The notes: generated by a model not told the origin, from the sequence alone. 64,000 nt of DNA from Amoebophrya sp. A120 (GCA_905178155.1 CAJINV010000002.1:12161621-12225620), one strand, 5' to 3'; positions 12,757 through 25,152 are shown, counted from the first letter of the stretch. Made by a program: numbers and translations.

Positions 12757-14555
12757 TCAAAAAAATTTACCAATGCGCTGCGTGTTGAGATTCGCGATGA
12801 GTTTCGACAAGCGGAACCAGCAAATGCCCACCAGCATCCCCATCAACATGCCCACGATGACCTGTGCGGGCGTGTGGTCTCGAAGAATTGCACGGCAGGG
12901 GCCGACGGGCACCAGGCTGACGATCCATACCGTGGTCCAAAAGGCCGCTTCGGCGTGCGAAATCACTTCGTCACCTTCGTCCGTACAATAGGAGGATTTG
13001 AAGTGGCCGAAGAAAGCCCGCGTCAACTGAGCGAAAGCAAAAGAACAGTCGCGACGGAAACGACGCAAGCAGCGGCTGCAGGAACTGCTGCCATCAGCTT
13101 CGGGAAGCGGCCTGGGTTGCCTAGTGGTCCCCCCATCGCCATCGCTTGGGGTGCTCCTGCCGACGGTCAGCGCCGCGGAAGTGCTGCCCGGTCTCCCTTT
13201 TCTTGTTTTTTTGCTTGCCAGAGTTTTGCTCAGCGGATGACGCATCTTCTGTGTCTGTCGCTGGTGTCGACTCGACGTCAACAACGGGTCTGCCAGCACA
13301 CTTTGTTCGTACTTGCGAGTCGCCAAGTCCTTTTCCTCGACTTCTTCATTTGCGCCAATGTCAGTTAGAAAATTTTCGGTCTCAGAGGAAAGAGACCCGC
13401 TCTCCTCGTCCTGAGCGCCCCCAAGCGTCCGGCCCTTTTCCACATCATCCAATATTTCATTCGGAAAAATAACGGAATCGGATGGCGAAACTACATCCAG
13501 TCTACTTCGCATCTTTTCCGCGAGTTGTGCCAGCATTTCCTCCCTGACCTGCCGTATTTGTCCTGTGTGCCGCTGCGCGCCGAACTCTGTGCGGTAGAGG
13601 AGTTGCAACAGTTTCACCGTGAGTAACCCGACCGCGACCGCGCTGTGGCCACTTGGCATGCCGAAATTACCCGCGCAAGATTCTTGCGGCCGGGCCTGGC
13701 GCATCAGCTTCTTGATGCCCAGTTCGTGCTATGAGAGTGCACAACTCCCCCTCCCCCTCATTTGTGTTGCATGAACGGCAATACAATCATCAGCAAGAAT
13801 GCCGGCTTTGCATGACAAGCTTAGACTGGAATTTAGTGGTATTTTTTGCTACCAGAACTTGTTATACAAACAGTGCCACACAAGTCAGCGACTGGATTTG
13901 CGATTTTGCATGACAAATGAGGGGGAGGGGGAGTTGTGCACTGTCATACGTTCACCGAGACGAGCACAAGCAAAAAGCCAAGATTGAACAGCTGCGTCGT
14001 ACTGCGCCGAAACAGAAACTTGAGAAATATCAGCGCGGCGAGCAGAATCGGCACGTATGCGGACAGCGCGCAGAAGGACTGCAGCGCAATCCCAGGCATG
14101 GCGATCGACCGCGGGTGCGCGTCGCCCTGCGAGACGCACGCACCGTATCTCAGAAGAGGAACAACCGTTTGCTGCAGCTGGTGCTCTTCTCCTCCCCCGA
14201 CAGGTGGACTACGTTCGCTCATGGCTACCGCTCTGTAGACGAACGGCTTCCAAACGCATTCCCAACGTCTGACTGCGTCTACGGGAGACGCCGCCATTGC
14301 GTCGCAACCTTCCTTATCCGTCGCAGTTGCGCAGGGAGTGTTGGCAGTAATCGAGTAGTCGGTCCACGACACGTCGGCGGGCATGCCTATCCCGAACGGA
14401 CACACGCAGTGTGCCCCGGGCGTGTCGTCCGAGTATTGCAGAGCCTTGCACATGCCTTCTTCTTTCCACCATCGCCAGTCGCTTCGCCGTGCGGACGGGA
14501 CCTGGGCGAGTCGCTGCTCGACCAGTCGGTCCTCCTGCAAGGACGGGTCTGCCAT
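12757..14555 (-). CDS. PAP2-superfamily membrane phosphatase (dolichyl pyrophosphate phosphatase-like); exons 14555-13950 and 13728-12757
   Basis: Motifs C1 KKLMRQARP, C2 GMPSGHS and C3 CRAILRDHTPAQV plus TM helices; GT-AG intron 13949-13729 joins SVN-HELGIKK in frame. Confidence 0.88.
13730..13948. mobile_element. Introner, 219 bp, forming a GT-AG intron (13729-13949)
   Basis: 36-bp TIR TATGA(G/C)AGTGCACAACTCCCCCTCCCCCTCATTTGT with 1 mismatch; TSD GAACG/GCACG on the minus strand. Confidence 0.92.
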
Positions 14556-15514
14556 CGTGTCTCAAGAATATTTGAATGTCTGGCAAGGTTGTACTTAGTA
14601 CTTTGGTGTTTGACAAACTTTCACTTTCAATCTTCATGGAAAGATGACTCCTCCTGCGGTAAAAATATACTGTTCCACCATCTTGTGTAGCGGGTTTATC
14701 GGTCAACCCCAGTTCGGCATACGTCCTTTTGTAGGTTGAGTATGGCTATCCATAGCAAACCCAAATTTTGCATTTTTTTATTTTACATTCGCGAATGAAA
14801 GTCAAAGTGTGCTCGTAGGAAGTTGCATCTTCGATGAAAGCTAACACTAACACACAGAAACAGAAAGTCAAGGAAATAAATTGCAAATAAAAAGTTTGTC
14901 GTGGGGCACGACGACGACGCACGGCGCTGCTGGTGTTACATAAGGCGGTTTTTGTGCTGCGACCATGAAGTTGCATTACCTACAATGGTGCGATGGACAC
15001 GTGGAAATTTTTGCAGGTTCTCCAAATGTACTGCGTACCAACTTCGGATCAGAATCAGCGAGATTATGATTAAGTTGCGCAAACAAAATCAAAAAGACAA
15101 CACGAATCGAAAAAAAAGCACTGCTGCAATGAATGCACGGGATCTTTTTCTGCCTGGGGCAGCTTGCAGCATCATGTCCGAACTTCGACGAAGCAGAAAT
15201 GGACACGAGTACTGCCGGGTTCGTTACTAGAGATGATCTTGCGCGAACGCAGACACTGTTCCTTACGCTTTCTTCGCCTGTGACTGCAAGTTGGGGACGC
15301 GAACATTCCCGAGACGCACATGCAAACGCAAGTGCGGCACGTGTTTGTTTGTGTGCGAGCAGGGTCTTCAATCTGCAAATCGCGACGACGAGGCACGAAT
15401 AGTACCAATAGACGTTGACGCGCTGTCTTCTGCTAGAGCAACATCCTCGGTGCGACTTGAAGGGCCACATACAGAGCGTAGTTATCATTTGGATTTGGTT
15501 TTTCGGTTTCACTG

Positions 15515-16333
15515 TCAGTCAGGATTATGCCTTCCTTCTCTTCGTTCTACGGCATCCTTTACTCCAGTCACGACTTTGGAAGTTACAGTTGTCGAAAATG
15601 AAATGTCGCCGTGTGTCGCATTGTCCTCGTAGTTTTCAACTTCTCCGGCAAGCATCGCGTCTGCCAGAAACGCGGGAAGATCCAGTCCGGTCAACAGTGC
15701 CGCACTTCCGGCAGCGTAAAGCGCGACACGCCGCGGTGTTTCAAGAAGCGCCATTCCCGTTACCGCTCCAGAAAAGGCCCCAGCCACGATTGCATTCAAG
15801 GGGAACGGAACGACGTGTCCCCACTCTCGTTCCAGGGTGCAGGTCGCAAAATTCGCGGCGAACGCCCAGAATCCGAACCCGAGGCCGTGCCGGGAAATCC
15901 GTTTTGCGAAGTGGATGCTTGGACGAACACGCTGTAACGCTAAGTAGCTTCTAGTTCTACTAGCTGCTGTCGGAAGCCGGTTGCCGTGCTCCAGCGCGTC
16001 TTGCGCGACAACATGAAGTCTGGTCGTAGTAGAGGAGACGGCAGCGGTCGGAGCCGCTGTGCCGGTGGTCGGATTGATTGTCGAAGCAGCAGGAACATGC
16101 GCAGATGGAGTTGGTGTCACTCTCGCAAATGTCGAACTGCTACTGCTACCTTCGCGCGGCAACCGGATAGGTGGATCGAGGCTTGTCGAACTACGAGCAA
16201 GTCCAAGGCTCGTCGTTGACGCGCCTGGTGGCATCATCACCGCAGAAAAGAGGCTTCCATAGACCGTTCCCCGAAAAAAGGACTCGACGGACCCGTCCAC
16301 GCAGCTGATTCCGTCCGCGGGCCTGGCTAACAT
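15515..16333 (-). CDS. Tim17/Tim22/Tim23 (PRAT) family membrane protein
   Basis: Gly-rich TM segments FFRGTVYGSLFS and GLGFGFWAFAANFATCTLERE...PLNAIVAGAFSGAV, matching the C..E.R...N...AG..SG family pattern. Confidence 0.7.
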   Translation of the reverse strand: MLARPADGISCVDGSVESFFRGTVYGSLFSAVMMPPGASTTSLGLARSSTSLDPPIRLPREGSSSSSTFARVTPTPSAHVPAASTINPTTGTAAPTAAVSSTTTRLHVVAQDALEHGNRLPTAASRTRSYLALQRVRPSIHFAKRISRHGLGFGFWAFAANFATCTLEREWGHVVPFPLNAIVAGAFSGAVTGMALLETPRRVALYAAGSAALLTGLDLPAFLADAMLAGEVENYEDNATHGDISFSTTVTSKVVTGVKDAVERREGRHNPD

Positions 16334-16837
16334 CTTTTTTTATCATGAATGTGCGAAATAAAAAGTGAGCAACTCAGTGGAATGGTGTTGGAATCACAAT
16401 CAAACTGGGGACGAGGTAAAAAATAATTCGTACATGTACGTACGATACAGGTAGTCACTGATGTCTCAGACCTGATCACAGAAGAAGAAAAAGCAGCAAC
16501 TTACTAGTTAAAACACGTTGATTGCAAGAACGAGAATCTCTGCTTCAGCTTTTGAGGATCCACAAAAGACAAACGTGGTCGTCCTGGAATCTGTCTGTCC
16601 GAGTGTCTGTCTGAGGGTACGTTCTTGAGCTTTCTCGGCCTCTTGCCTCGCATGGTTGTAAGAACGCGGTATGGACCCGCAGGCACCGTCGCACGAGTTT
16701 TTCTTTTTGTAAGGTGAGAATGCAAAGAAATAGCCATTCCCATTCCACCTTGCGGATGGAGATGCGACGTTGAAGAGCAAGAGTCCCTTGATTATCATAG
16801 TTCTTCTTCATCTAGTTCGTACAACAGCGTTCTTGCA

Positions 16838-19180
16838 TCAAACTTGTGCCAGCACACGCTGCAGATCTTTATTCTTTTGTTCTAGTTCAACTTTGAGGCA
16901 AAGAATCACTTGATTCTTCTGATCGATGACAGAGCGCACTTTCTCTCGCATCGCCAGCTCCTCTTCGGTTACGCATTGAATTTTTGCAGCCGTGCACAGT
17001 GCTTCCAAATCGGCCTCCTCTTGCTCCAACGTAGAAAAAGCTTGTTCTGGACGCTCTCTTTGTTCCAGCCCTTTCCCTCCTTCTTTTTCGTGGGAGTTTT
17101 CACCTTCATCTTCACGATCAACAGACGAGCTTGGTGCAACTTCAAAAACGACATACTTCCGCTTGCGCAAAAGTTCGACGCTTTCGCGCTCGTGCTGATG
17201 GTCTGTCGGCGTCATGTGGTCTTGTTTTCGAATCAGGCCTTCGCGACTTTTCAAGATCTCCGCCTGCGCTTGCTGGTTTTCGTTATGTCTCGACAGCAAC
17301 AGGTCGTTCCCAGCTACTTCGACGGTAGTTGTGCCCATTGTAACGTCGTCGCGGTTTTCGTCAGAAAAATCTTCGAGGGGTGCCGCAACGGAGTATTCGC
17401 TAATGACGCGCACTTCTCTTGGATTCTGATTGTCCTGCGAGCTGGATGCGACCAGCTGCATCTCAGCAGACCGGCGAAAGTCTTCTTCTTCTCCCTGCTG
17501 TGTGAAATTTGCTGCAGCTTCTCCACCACCACCAGCGAGCCGCCAATCCTGCGCGCAAGAACCGCCCGTCGTCTCCATATGTTCCCGATCGGCCGTGGTC
17601 TTGAGACAAGGCCTTCTCTCCTGGGGAGGATTGTCTTCCCGAAGCTGTCGGGTGACGTCGCCCTTCTCTGTTCCACCACTTTTTCTGTCTTCTCCAAGAA
17701 AGGCAGATCGTGCCTTCAGCTTTTCGACAACCGCCAAAAGTTTTGCTTTTTCGGTTTCCAGCCCGTCCTTCTCGCATTGCAGCTGCTTGCGCTCTTGCAG
17801 GTAGACTTCTTCCTGCCTCTCCTTGTCGTAGATTAGGCGATGAAATTTCTCGACGAGCACTCCCTCCATGAGTTGCACCTTCTTGTCGTATTCCTGCTCG
17901 AAGCAGCGCCGCATGATCTTCTGATCCTGCTTGTAGGTTTCCACATTCGTGTCTTGCAGTCGTTTTTTCTCGTTTTCCAGTCGAGCCTTCTCCTCTTGGT
18001 GCTTGCTTCGCTCGTGACAAAGCTGCTGCTGCAGCCTTTCCTCAGTGTGACTATGCGCTTTTTTCTCTTCCTCAAATTGGTGCCGGAGTCGGTCGATTTC
18101 TGCTTCCAACAATGGTATTGTCGTCGTGGACTGCAGCTTTTCCTTGTCTTTCACGGCCTGCAACTCGACCTCGAGCCCGGCGACTTTCTTGTCAAAAGCA
18201 AGTTTTTGCTTCTGCGACTTGCCCTCGTAGGTCTGTTTCACTTTCTCCACCGCGACGTCGTAAGAAATCCGCATCTCTGCGGACAAACTCTCCGTTTTCG
18301 CCCGCTCCGCATCGAGCCGGAGGCACATCCTTGCGTCCGAGAGCTGCTGGTCGAGCGCGTGATTCAGGTGCGCAATGTCCTCGTCGTGCTGCTGCACCGT
18401 CAGCTCCGTCTTAACGAGTGAGTGATGGCCTTGCTGCTGGTGATTTTCCGTGGCGAGCAGCGGTCGTGCTGGAGGGGTGCAACAAGGCGGTGCTAAGGTA
18501 GGGACCACAGAGGAGACAGTGCTCATGGAGGTGGATGAGGAACTCGTCCTGGTTGGTTGTTGCCCAGCACCAGCAGCACCACTCGCACTGTTCGCGATGG
18601 CAAGGTGACCTTTATTATTTCTCTTTGGAAGCGGAATGAAACCCCTATTGCAGCTACGGGTCGTCGAAGATGAGAAAGAACTCGCACTACAGCTAATTTC
18701 TGCGTCTGGTGCGTCGAAAGACGGCTTTACTACGGAAACTGCCGCGCTAGCAGAAGATGAGGCGGAACTGGGGCGAGGATGCTGCTGTATTTGCTGCTCC
18801 TCGAGAAGCCGCTGCAAGTTGCTTTTCTTGGGCTTAGCTTCAGACGCGGTCGTCTGCGCATTTCTGCATACTTGCCTGGAGGAGGGCGCTGTCCGAGGAC
18901 GTGTTCTCGACGAGCGGTGCTGTGGGTCAGGGTTTACTAATTTATTTGAGCTGATCTCACCAGCAGCTGCAGGTCCAGCCGTAGCTGCCACGTCACTAGA
19001 GCGGCCCATCATCATTTTGCAAGTCGTTTTCGACAAGATTTCGAAATAGCTCGCGTCCTCTGTCGCTGTTGTGTTGCTGTGCAACTTGTTGAGTCGCGTC
19101 GTTATTCTAACTATAGCACATTCTTGATATCGAGCGTTTCTTTCAGTGTATTTTGCAGCACATTCTGCATGCGTTGTCAC
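16838..19180 (-). CDS. Coiled-coil protein, 780 aa (C-terminus weakly reminiscent of centriolar CEP131)
   Basis: Long single ORF; Ser-rich N-terminus; E/K/Q-rich heptad region; C-terminal EELAMREKVRSVIDQKNQVILCLKVELE. Confidence 0.75.
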   Translation of the reverse strand: MTTHAECAAKYTERNARYQECAIVRITTRLNKLHSNTTATEDASYFEILSKTTCKMMMGRSSDVAATAGPAAAGEISSNKLVNPDPQHRSSRTRPRTAPSSRQVCRNAQTTASEAKPKKSNLQRLLEEQQIQQHPRPSSASSSASAAVSVVKPSFDAPDAEISCSASSFSSSTTRSCNRGFIPLPKRNNKGHLAIANSASGAAGAGQQPTRTSSSSTSMSTVSSVVPTLAPPCCTPPARPLLATENHQQQGHHSLVKTELTVQQHDEDIAHLNHALDQQLSDARMCLRLDAERAKTESLSAEMRISYDVAVEKVKQTYEGKSQKQKLAFDKKVAGLEVELQAVKDKEKLQSTTTIPLLEAEIDRLRHQFEEEKKAHSHTEERLQQQLCHERSKHQEEKARLENEKKRLQDTNVETYKQDQKIMRRCFEQEYDKKVQLMEGVLVEKFHRLIYDKERQEEVYLQERKQLQCEKDGLETEKAKLLAVVEKLKARSAFLGEDRKSGGTEKGDVTRQLREDNPPQERRPCLKTTADREHMETTGGSCAQDWRLAGGGGEAAANFTQQGEEEDFRRSAEMQLVASSSQDNQNPREVRVISEYSVAAPLEDFSDENRDDVTMGTTTVEVAGNDLLLSRHNENQQAQAEILKSREGLIRKQDHMTPTDHQHERESVELLRKRKYVVFEVAPSSSVDREDEGENSHEKEGGKGLEQRERPEQAFSTLEQEEADLEALCTAAKIQCVTEEELAMREKVRSVIDQKNQVILCLKVELEQKNKDLQRVLAQV

Positions 19181-19899
19181 ACGTCAAGTGCCTACATACG
19201 ACGCAACCTTCTGAGCCTCACACTCACGCTCACTCACGACACGAACCTGCTGCGTTTTCTCCCCCTCTGTTGGCACAATGCACATTTGCAATCTACTTTA
19301 TCCCCCTCTCCATGGTCATTGATTTTGATATTGATGCTCTGTGCTGGCTTTGCCCTCCACAAAAATAACGCCACTGCACAAGTCAATGTCAATGATGCGA
19401 CAGAATTCACATAAGTACCCTTCGCCTTCCTCCCGCTCCATCAGGCAACTCGCATTGCTGACGAAACACGGCCGCTCCCAGGAATGGAAGATGCCAGGCG
19501 AACAAAAGGAGGCCATTTAATTTCTTCACTCTTCTCTGACAAAACCTCGCCTGTGGCGAGCTATAACGCAAATATAGGTAAATCTAAATGCCGCAGCGAT
19601 GAGTAGACGAATGCCCCCAAAAGCAGAGAGAAGTCCGGCAAGATGGGACTAATTCTAATACTACTAGGTGGCCGCGGGCGCGGCCGTGCGCGCTGCGCGA
19701 CGTAGGCAGGGGTTGCGGCGCGCCACCCGTCTGTGACTCACTGTGGGCGCCGACACAAAAAGACGAAGACTGTGGCTCGCGGCGGGCCCAGGCACATAGA
19801 GGCCCGCGCCCTTGGTGACATCAAAAACAAGCTCGGGCCACTTACATGCGACATCGAGTGGCGTGCACCCCCAAAGCGAACACGTTGGGGGGAGGGCGG

Positions 19900-20460
19900 C
19901 GAAAAAACGGCCCTGCCCCCGGGGCGGCCTCGTCGGTCGCGCCAACATGCGCGGCCCACACGCTGCGCGCCATTTCCCCCGGACCGCCGGCGTGTTGCGG
20001 CGGGGGACTCGGGGGCCTTGTCCTCGAAAATAGCGGCGGAAGGAGCTCGGGCGTTTTTTCGTTATGCTGCAGCTACTCGGGTCCCGGATTTCTTCGCACG
20101 TCTGGCGTTTCTTCACTGGAGTGCAGGAACGCGAGGAGCCCCGCGGTGGTGGCTTGTTCCGCAGATGCCGGATCTTTCCCCATGAGGACTATGGCCATCC
20201 TCATCTACCTGAGCAGGAACTCTCTCCGTGTCGGAAGGCGGCAACGTTGCGCGAGCACGTTTTTTCGCGCTCGGTGCCGCTTGTTCCGTGGAGTACGCGC
20301 GCCACGCCACCAGGCGTTGTAATAGCCATCTCGCTTTGGCGACAACTGCTCCAGGAGGACAATGCCGCAACACTGGATGCTGCAGCGGCAGGAGAGATCG
20401 CCTGCCAGATGTACATGCGCGCCATGAATGCGCGCGGCTCTGGCCGCGTCGCTCTGAGTT
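19900..20460 (+). pseudogene. Decayed IS630/Tc1/mariner-type transposase fragment
   Basis: WLVPQMPDLSP followed, after single-base slips, by EDYG and ILIYLSR, resembling SPDLNPLDYxxWxYLK; downstream LWRQLLQED...RAMNARG resembles the Tc1/maT C-terminus; GC-rich and antisense to all host genes. Confidence 0.45.
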
Positions 20461-21547
20461 TAACAAAGCTACTCTTCGTCGGAGTACGTAATTGCTTCTT
20501 CGTCTTCCAGAAGTCCCGGCAAAGTAGAAGACGAGCATCACAACACATTTTCGCAAGGTCTTTCGCTACTCTTCTCTCAGGTGGAGCGACCCATGGCCAG
20601 TTCAGACGAACTACGCCGGCCTTGGGTGTCTCTCCCTTGTTTTCTTCTTCTCCAAAAAACGAAGCGAATGGAATCTCGTTTCTCAGACGGCGAAAAACTG
20701 CAAAAAAAAAGTGGAGTTGAAAACAATTTCATTATTTGCAAGCCAAGCGGTCGCTCTCGCTCATCGCCTCAACACGAACATGCAATACAGATAGCGATTG
20801 CGATAGGCTGAGCATCCACGAGTATCTGAATCCGCTTTCGCTGTTCATGCTAATTCGTTCTGCTTTTTCTTTCCTTACCTTTTCTTTTCGTTCTAACGGA
20901 CAGCAAAATCAACCATATCGGCAGGAGTGCTCAGCGTTTCGCAGACAGCAGAATCTCTTTCTGGTGTAGTTTCGCAAACAAATACAAGCAGGCGGTCATA
21001 ATTTCGCAAAACATGCGTATAGGTATAAAAGTTTCTTTTACGAGGACATACCTCGCAGCGGCTCCACCTCAGAGACGGAGTCAACTGAAGGGAAGCGCCT
21101 GACACATGGCCCTCTAGCGTCCGATCTTGCATTAGCATTTCCATTTGCTCTAACCGCAGTGTGGTACAGGTACTAGAACAACCAACCGCAAGACAGCACA
21201 TCTCTTGATATCAACTCGCGTCCGCACAGGCGACCTTCGAATCTAGGATAGCATCTACTTCGCCAAAAGTAATTTTCAGACTTGCACAGCCAGAGCCTGG
21301 TGCTGTGAGGACTCCAAACAATCCTGTTATTCTTGTACAGTTTTATGCATTCTCTCGAAGCAATCCTGAGAAGTAGACGCAGGAAAAGATTGAAAAAACT
21401 TCGCATGATCATGCTGACTCTTCGGAGTCTGCGAGGCAATAATTTTAGATTTACATATGTCCGCACGCACATGCGGAGGTGGTTTTGATGAGTATGTGTA
21501 GTTTTCCTTTGGAAAACGAGTCTCCTTCTTTTGGAAAAGGTTCATTT

Positions 21548-24500
21548 TCACAGATCCATTTTGATTTCTCCAAGTTCCTTGTCCATGTGCGACGCAAACG
21601 TTGACACGCCGGTCAGCCACTGCCACACCGTGTCGGCGTCTCGCTTGCCCTGGTACTCCTGCACACTGCGCGATCCGGCGGGGATAAAGTACAGGGTCGG
21701 AAATCCCGTCCACTGCAAAATGTCGATCGGTGATTCGTTGGCGGTACCGTCCATCTGGGCGACAAAGAGCATGGTATCCATCTTGCTCAAGTACACTTTC
21801 CTGGCCACCTTGCGAAACTCGGGGCTGAAGCGCTTGCAGTGCCCGCACCAGGGCGCGAAAACGTTCAAAAAAACATCCCGGTTCGCCTGAAACGCAGACT
21901 GCTCCAGCGTTTTGGCCACGACGATTTTTGGCTCCCCTGGTTCGGTCTCGTAGTCCGGAATTGGCTCAGATTTGAAGCTTCGGGCTACTTTACCTGAAAT
22001 AAAGACGATACAAAGCATGATCACACACAGTGGTACGTCAAGCTCAAGAGATCATTCCTCAATGTCCAACAAGAATCTGTCTCGTCTGTCATACCATCTC
22101 GGACGTTTTTGAACCACTCCACGAGCTTGTCTGCTGGTGACTCGGCAGCTGGTCCTTTCGCCTTCAATTCCTCAACACTGTGCGGATAGAGGTAGTACTC
22201 GCTACTTCCAGGTTGCATCTGCGCGACGACGTGCGGAAACTCTGAGATACCAAACATCGCCTGGATAGAGCCGCGGAAAGACACCTGTGAGTTTTTGCGA
22301 GGGCAGTGCCCTTCACCTTGTAGTCGATATCGTGTTCGAGTTCGGAATATATAACAGTACTCGATCCTAGACAGAGGTTTGACAAAAACGGAAACCAAAC
22401 CCGACTTGCTAGTCACTGCATATATTTCTTCAGCTGTAGAATACACCAACAGAAAAGGTAGTAGAGGGCCAAAATCCTATAAACGTTACTGCTCCGCGCT
22501 AGTCTAGTGCTATTCCTTCTGTTTTTACTAGTAGACGAAGAAGACGAACATCAAGAAGCACAGCGAACTACTTCTACAGAAACAAATATTCATTTCTACC
22601 GTATTCGTCGCAGCGATTCGGAACGGAGAGTCCCCGGAGGTGAAAATCCCACCGGGACGTAGCGTGGCCATTTGCTTCGTCGCAGCGAGCAACATTACCT
22701 GCAAAAAAACGAAAAAAAAAGACTTCAACCAAGTTAGGATTTGGTAGCAGAAACTCGAAGAAGCCAGCTTCTCGTTTTGGTAAAAACTCAGTTGCACCAA
22801 TCCTCCCTCAAGACTAATCTATCATACTTACCTCCCTAAAGTCATCCGCTCGATCTTCGAATTCCTTTTCATCGCCAACATCAGGCAAGACCCAGGCCAA
22901 TGGCGCGCCCGAGTACTGTCCAAACGTCGCGCGGTCGATCTTTCCGTAGGCCGGAAACTGGTGCGATTCCATCATGAGCTCCACTTGTCTTTCTGTATCT
23001 GACAGCGACACTTTCTCTAAGTCGAGGAACACCGGTGGCTCCTCCCGGTGTCGCAGTTCAACGAACCCCCGGGACCCTACCTTGTTCAACGGGTTTCCAC
23101 CGTGATCTGCTTGGGCTGTCAGTTTTTTCAGATACGTGATTCATTTTAGACATCCCGAAAATTTTTCTTCAGGTTGAACCTCATATCAATCTTAGTACCT
23201 GCGTAGCTCTTGGCATATTCGTCTACTTTCAAGTGATGCCATCGTGCGCGCTTGCGATTCTTGGAGGCCACCTTGGTGAAATTAGGCAGCCTGTCCCCGT
23301 CGTTCACGATATCAAATGTAAAAGTGTCTGGGTCTGGAAGAATGCAACTTGTCATGCTAAATCTGCAGCATGGAAAAATCTGTGTTGCATGATTACCAAA
23401 AGTCGCCCAATTTTGACCAAGTCGGGAGGTAGTTTCTCATGCAGAATAGGCATTAGAAAGTTCTCGCAGAATCTGTCATGCTAGCTCCGGCATTCCAGAC
23501 CTCATTGGTCATGGAAAAGCAGCATGACAAGTCGCGCATTCTTCCAGACCCAGACATTTTTACACTTGATACACGAGAAGTAGGGACAACCGCTCGTGGT
23601 GGGCATCGGGTATACCATACTGGACTGCTTGCGCACCAGCGACGGACTCGAGAAACTCTATCACTGACGGGGCACTTGGCTCACCCAGATATTCCAGATA
23701 ACCCTCGACGGCGTCGTTCTGCGTTTGATGTGAATTCTTCTTCTCCACCTACTTCTCGTAGCTTCAACGAGCTAGATTTCTGGATGAAAATGCTAACTCA
23801 GCAGTAGACTCTACCTAGCAGACAGAATCACCGATCGTGTGTGAAAAAAATCCTACCTCGCTGTATGTCCACCCCTCTTCGTCCGGTTTTCTGAAGTACA
23901 AAAACGTTGGAAAGCCCGACAGCTGGTAGAGACTTGCGAGATTCAAATTGTCCGAGTTCGTCATGTCTACCTCTACGAATGGCACTGTGATCTTTAGCTC
24001 GTCCCGCAGGTGCACGTTTTGCAGAGCGTCTTTGGCGGCCTGTTCAAAGATCGGCTTCCACTTCTGGCACTGCTGCGACCAGGGCACCTGGAACTTGATG
24101 AAAAATCCCTGCGGGTAGTCCGAAAACAAGGTCTCAAAGTCCTTCGCGATCGCACGGTACAGGTTCTCGGACAGTTTTTCCAGGGCGGCTAGTGCGAAGA
24201 GAGATGCGCTGAGCGTGCCGAACTGAAACACGGCAAGCAGCTGCAGAGATGCTTTGTAGAGCTTGTTCATCGTTTTCGCTCTGGACCGCCGAGGACCCTT
24301 TGTTTTTGTTTTTGCGTTGAACGGAAGGAAGGCCGGGGAACTGGGCGTTATCTTCAGCTTCTTCTCTTGCCTAGGGCTGCTCGAAGCGGCCGATGTACCG
24401 CTGCCTTGTTGCTGTCTTTGGTGGCTGCTGCAGTTTCCCTTTCCGGTGCCAGCTCCTGGCTCGCTGCGTTTCGAGCAAGAACCTCCCGCCCGAGTGAACC

Positions 24501-25152
24501 AAAGCGCTAAGCTGCGCTGCGCGTGCGAAAAGTTCCATAGATTGCTCGGTGAAAATTCGTGGGCGCGAGGTTTTACCACACTTTGATGTGGATGAGTAGT
24601 ACAACTGAAACTGTAGTCAAAGGCGTTCGAATTTGAGGGCGAAATAACTCCTCGTGCTCGCGAGGAAGACGAGGATGAACTCGACGAAGAGGGCGTTCGT
24701 GCCCGGACTGGCAATGCACTTCCATGCGCATTGGAATGACTCAGGTCATGTTGCTCTACAACTTCTCCCACTTCTTCTGACCGCGGTTGTCGAGTCCCAC
24801 TTCTTCCGACGCTTCGTACTTTTGCCCGGCGAATAGCGCTCGAAGCCAGTTTAGGTTTAGACCTACCACCTGAAGCTTCTGATTGTGATTGTCCTGACAA
24901 TCCGTCAAGAACATCACCATAAGTCGTCGTGTGTGTCTTGTGCTGCGCGTTACGCGGAGCCATTTCGTGTGGTCCTTTAACGCGGAGCATGCTTTCTCCT
25001 GTAGGGCTTTCGACGTTTCGTTGTCGCCCTCGTCGAGGACTCGACCCCGCCGTCTCTTTTTGCCAATTCCAATTTTCCTTCCACTTCCAAGGGACGAGGA
25101 AATTGGAGCAAGAAGCTGAAGACCAGCTTGTACTTGTTGAGGACGATGCCAT
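21548..25152 (-). CDS. PDI: Protein disulfide isomerase, multi-exon (a-b-b'-a' type)
   Basis: C-terminal thioredoxin domain FAPWCGHCKR...GFPTLYF; N-terminal Trx domain FQVPWSQQCQK...GFPTFLYF; C-terminal KMDL; several GT-AG introns (e.g. 23856-23749) and one introner. Start codon uncertain. Confidence 0.88.
23310..23571. mobile_element. Introner, 262 bp, in the PDI gene
   Basis: ~50-bp TIR TATCAA(A/G)TGTAAAA(G/A)TGTCTGGGTCTGGAAGAATGC; perfect TSD CACGA; removal joins LLLV-NDGD in frame. Confidence 0.92.

Noticed and set aside
15133-15402. EF-hand-like DTSTAGFVTRDDL in a plus-strand ORF, and overlapping minus ORF 14976..15512
   Set aside because: Single unpaired loop on the wrong strand for this block; no other support. 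Region left uncalled.
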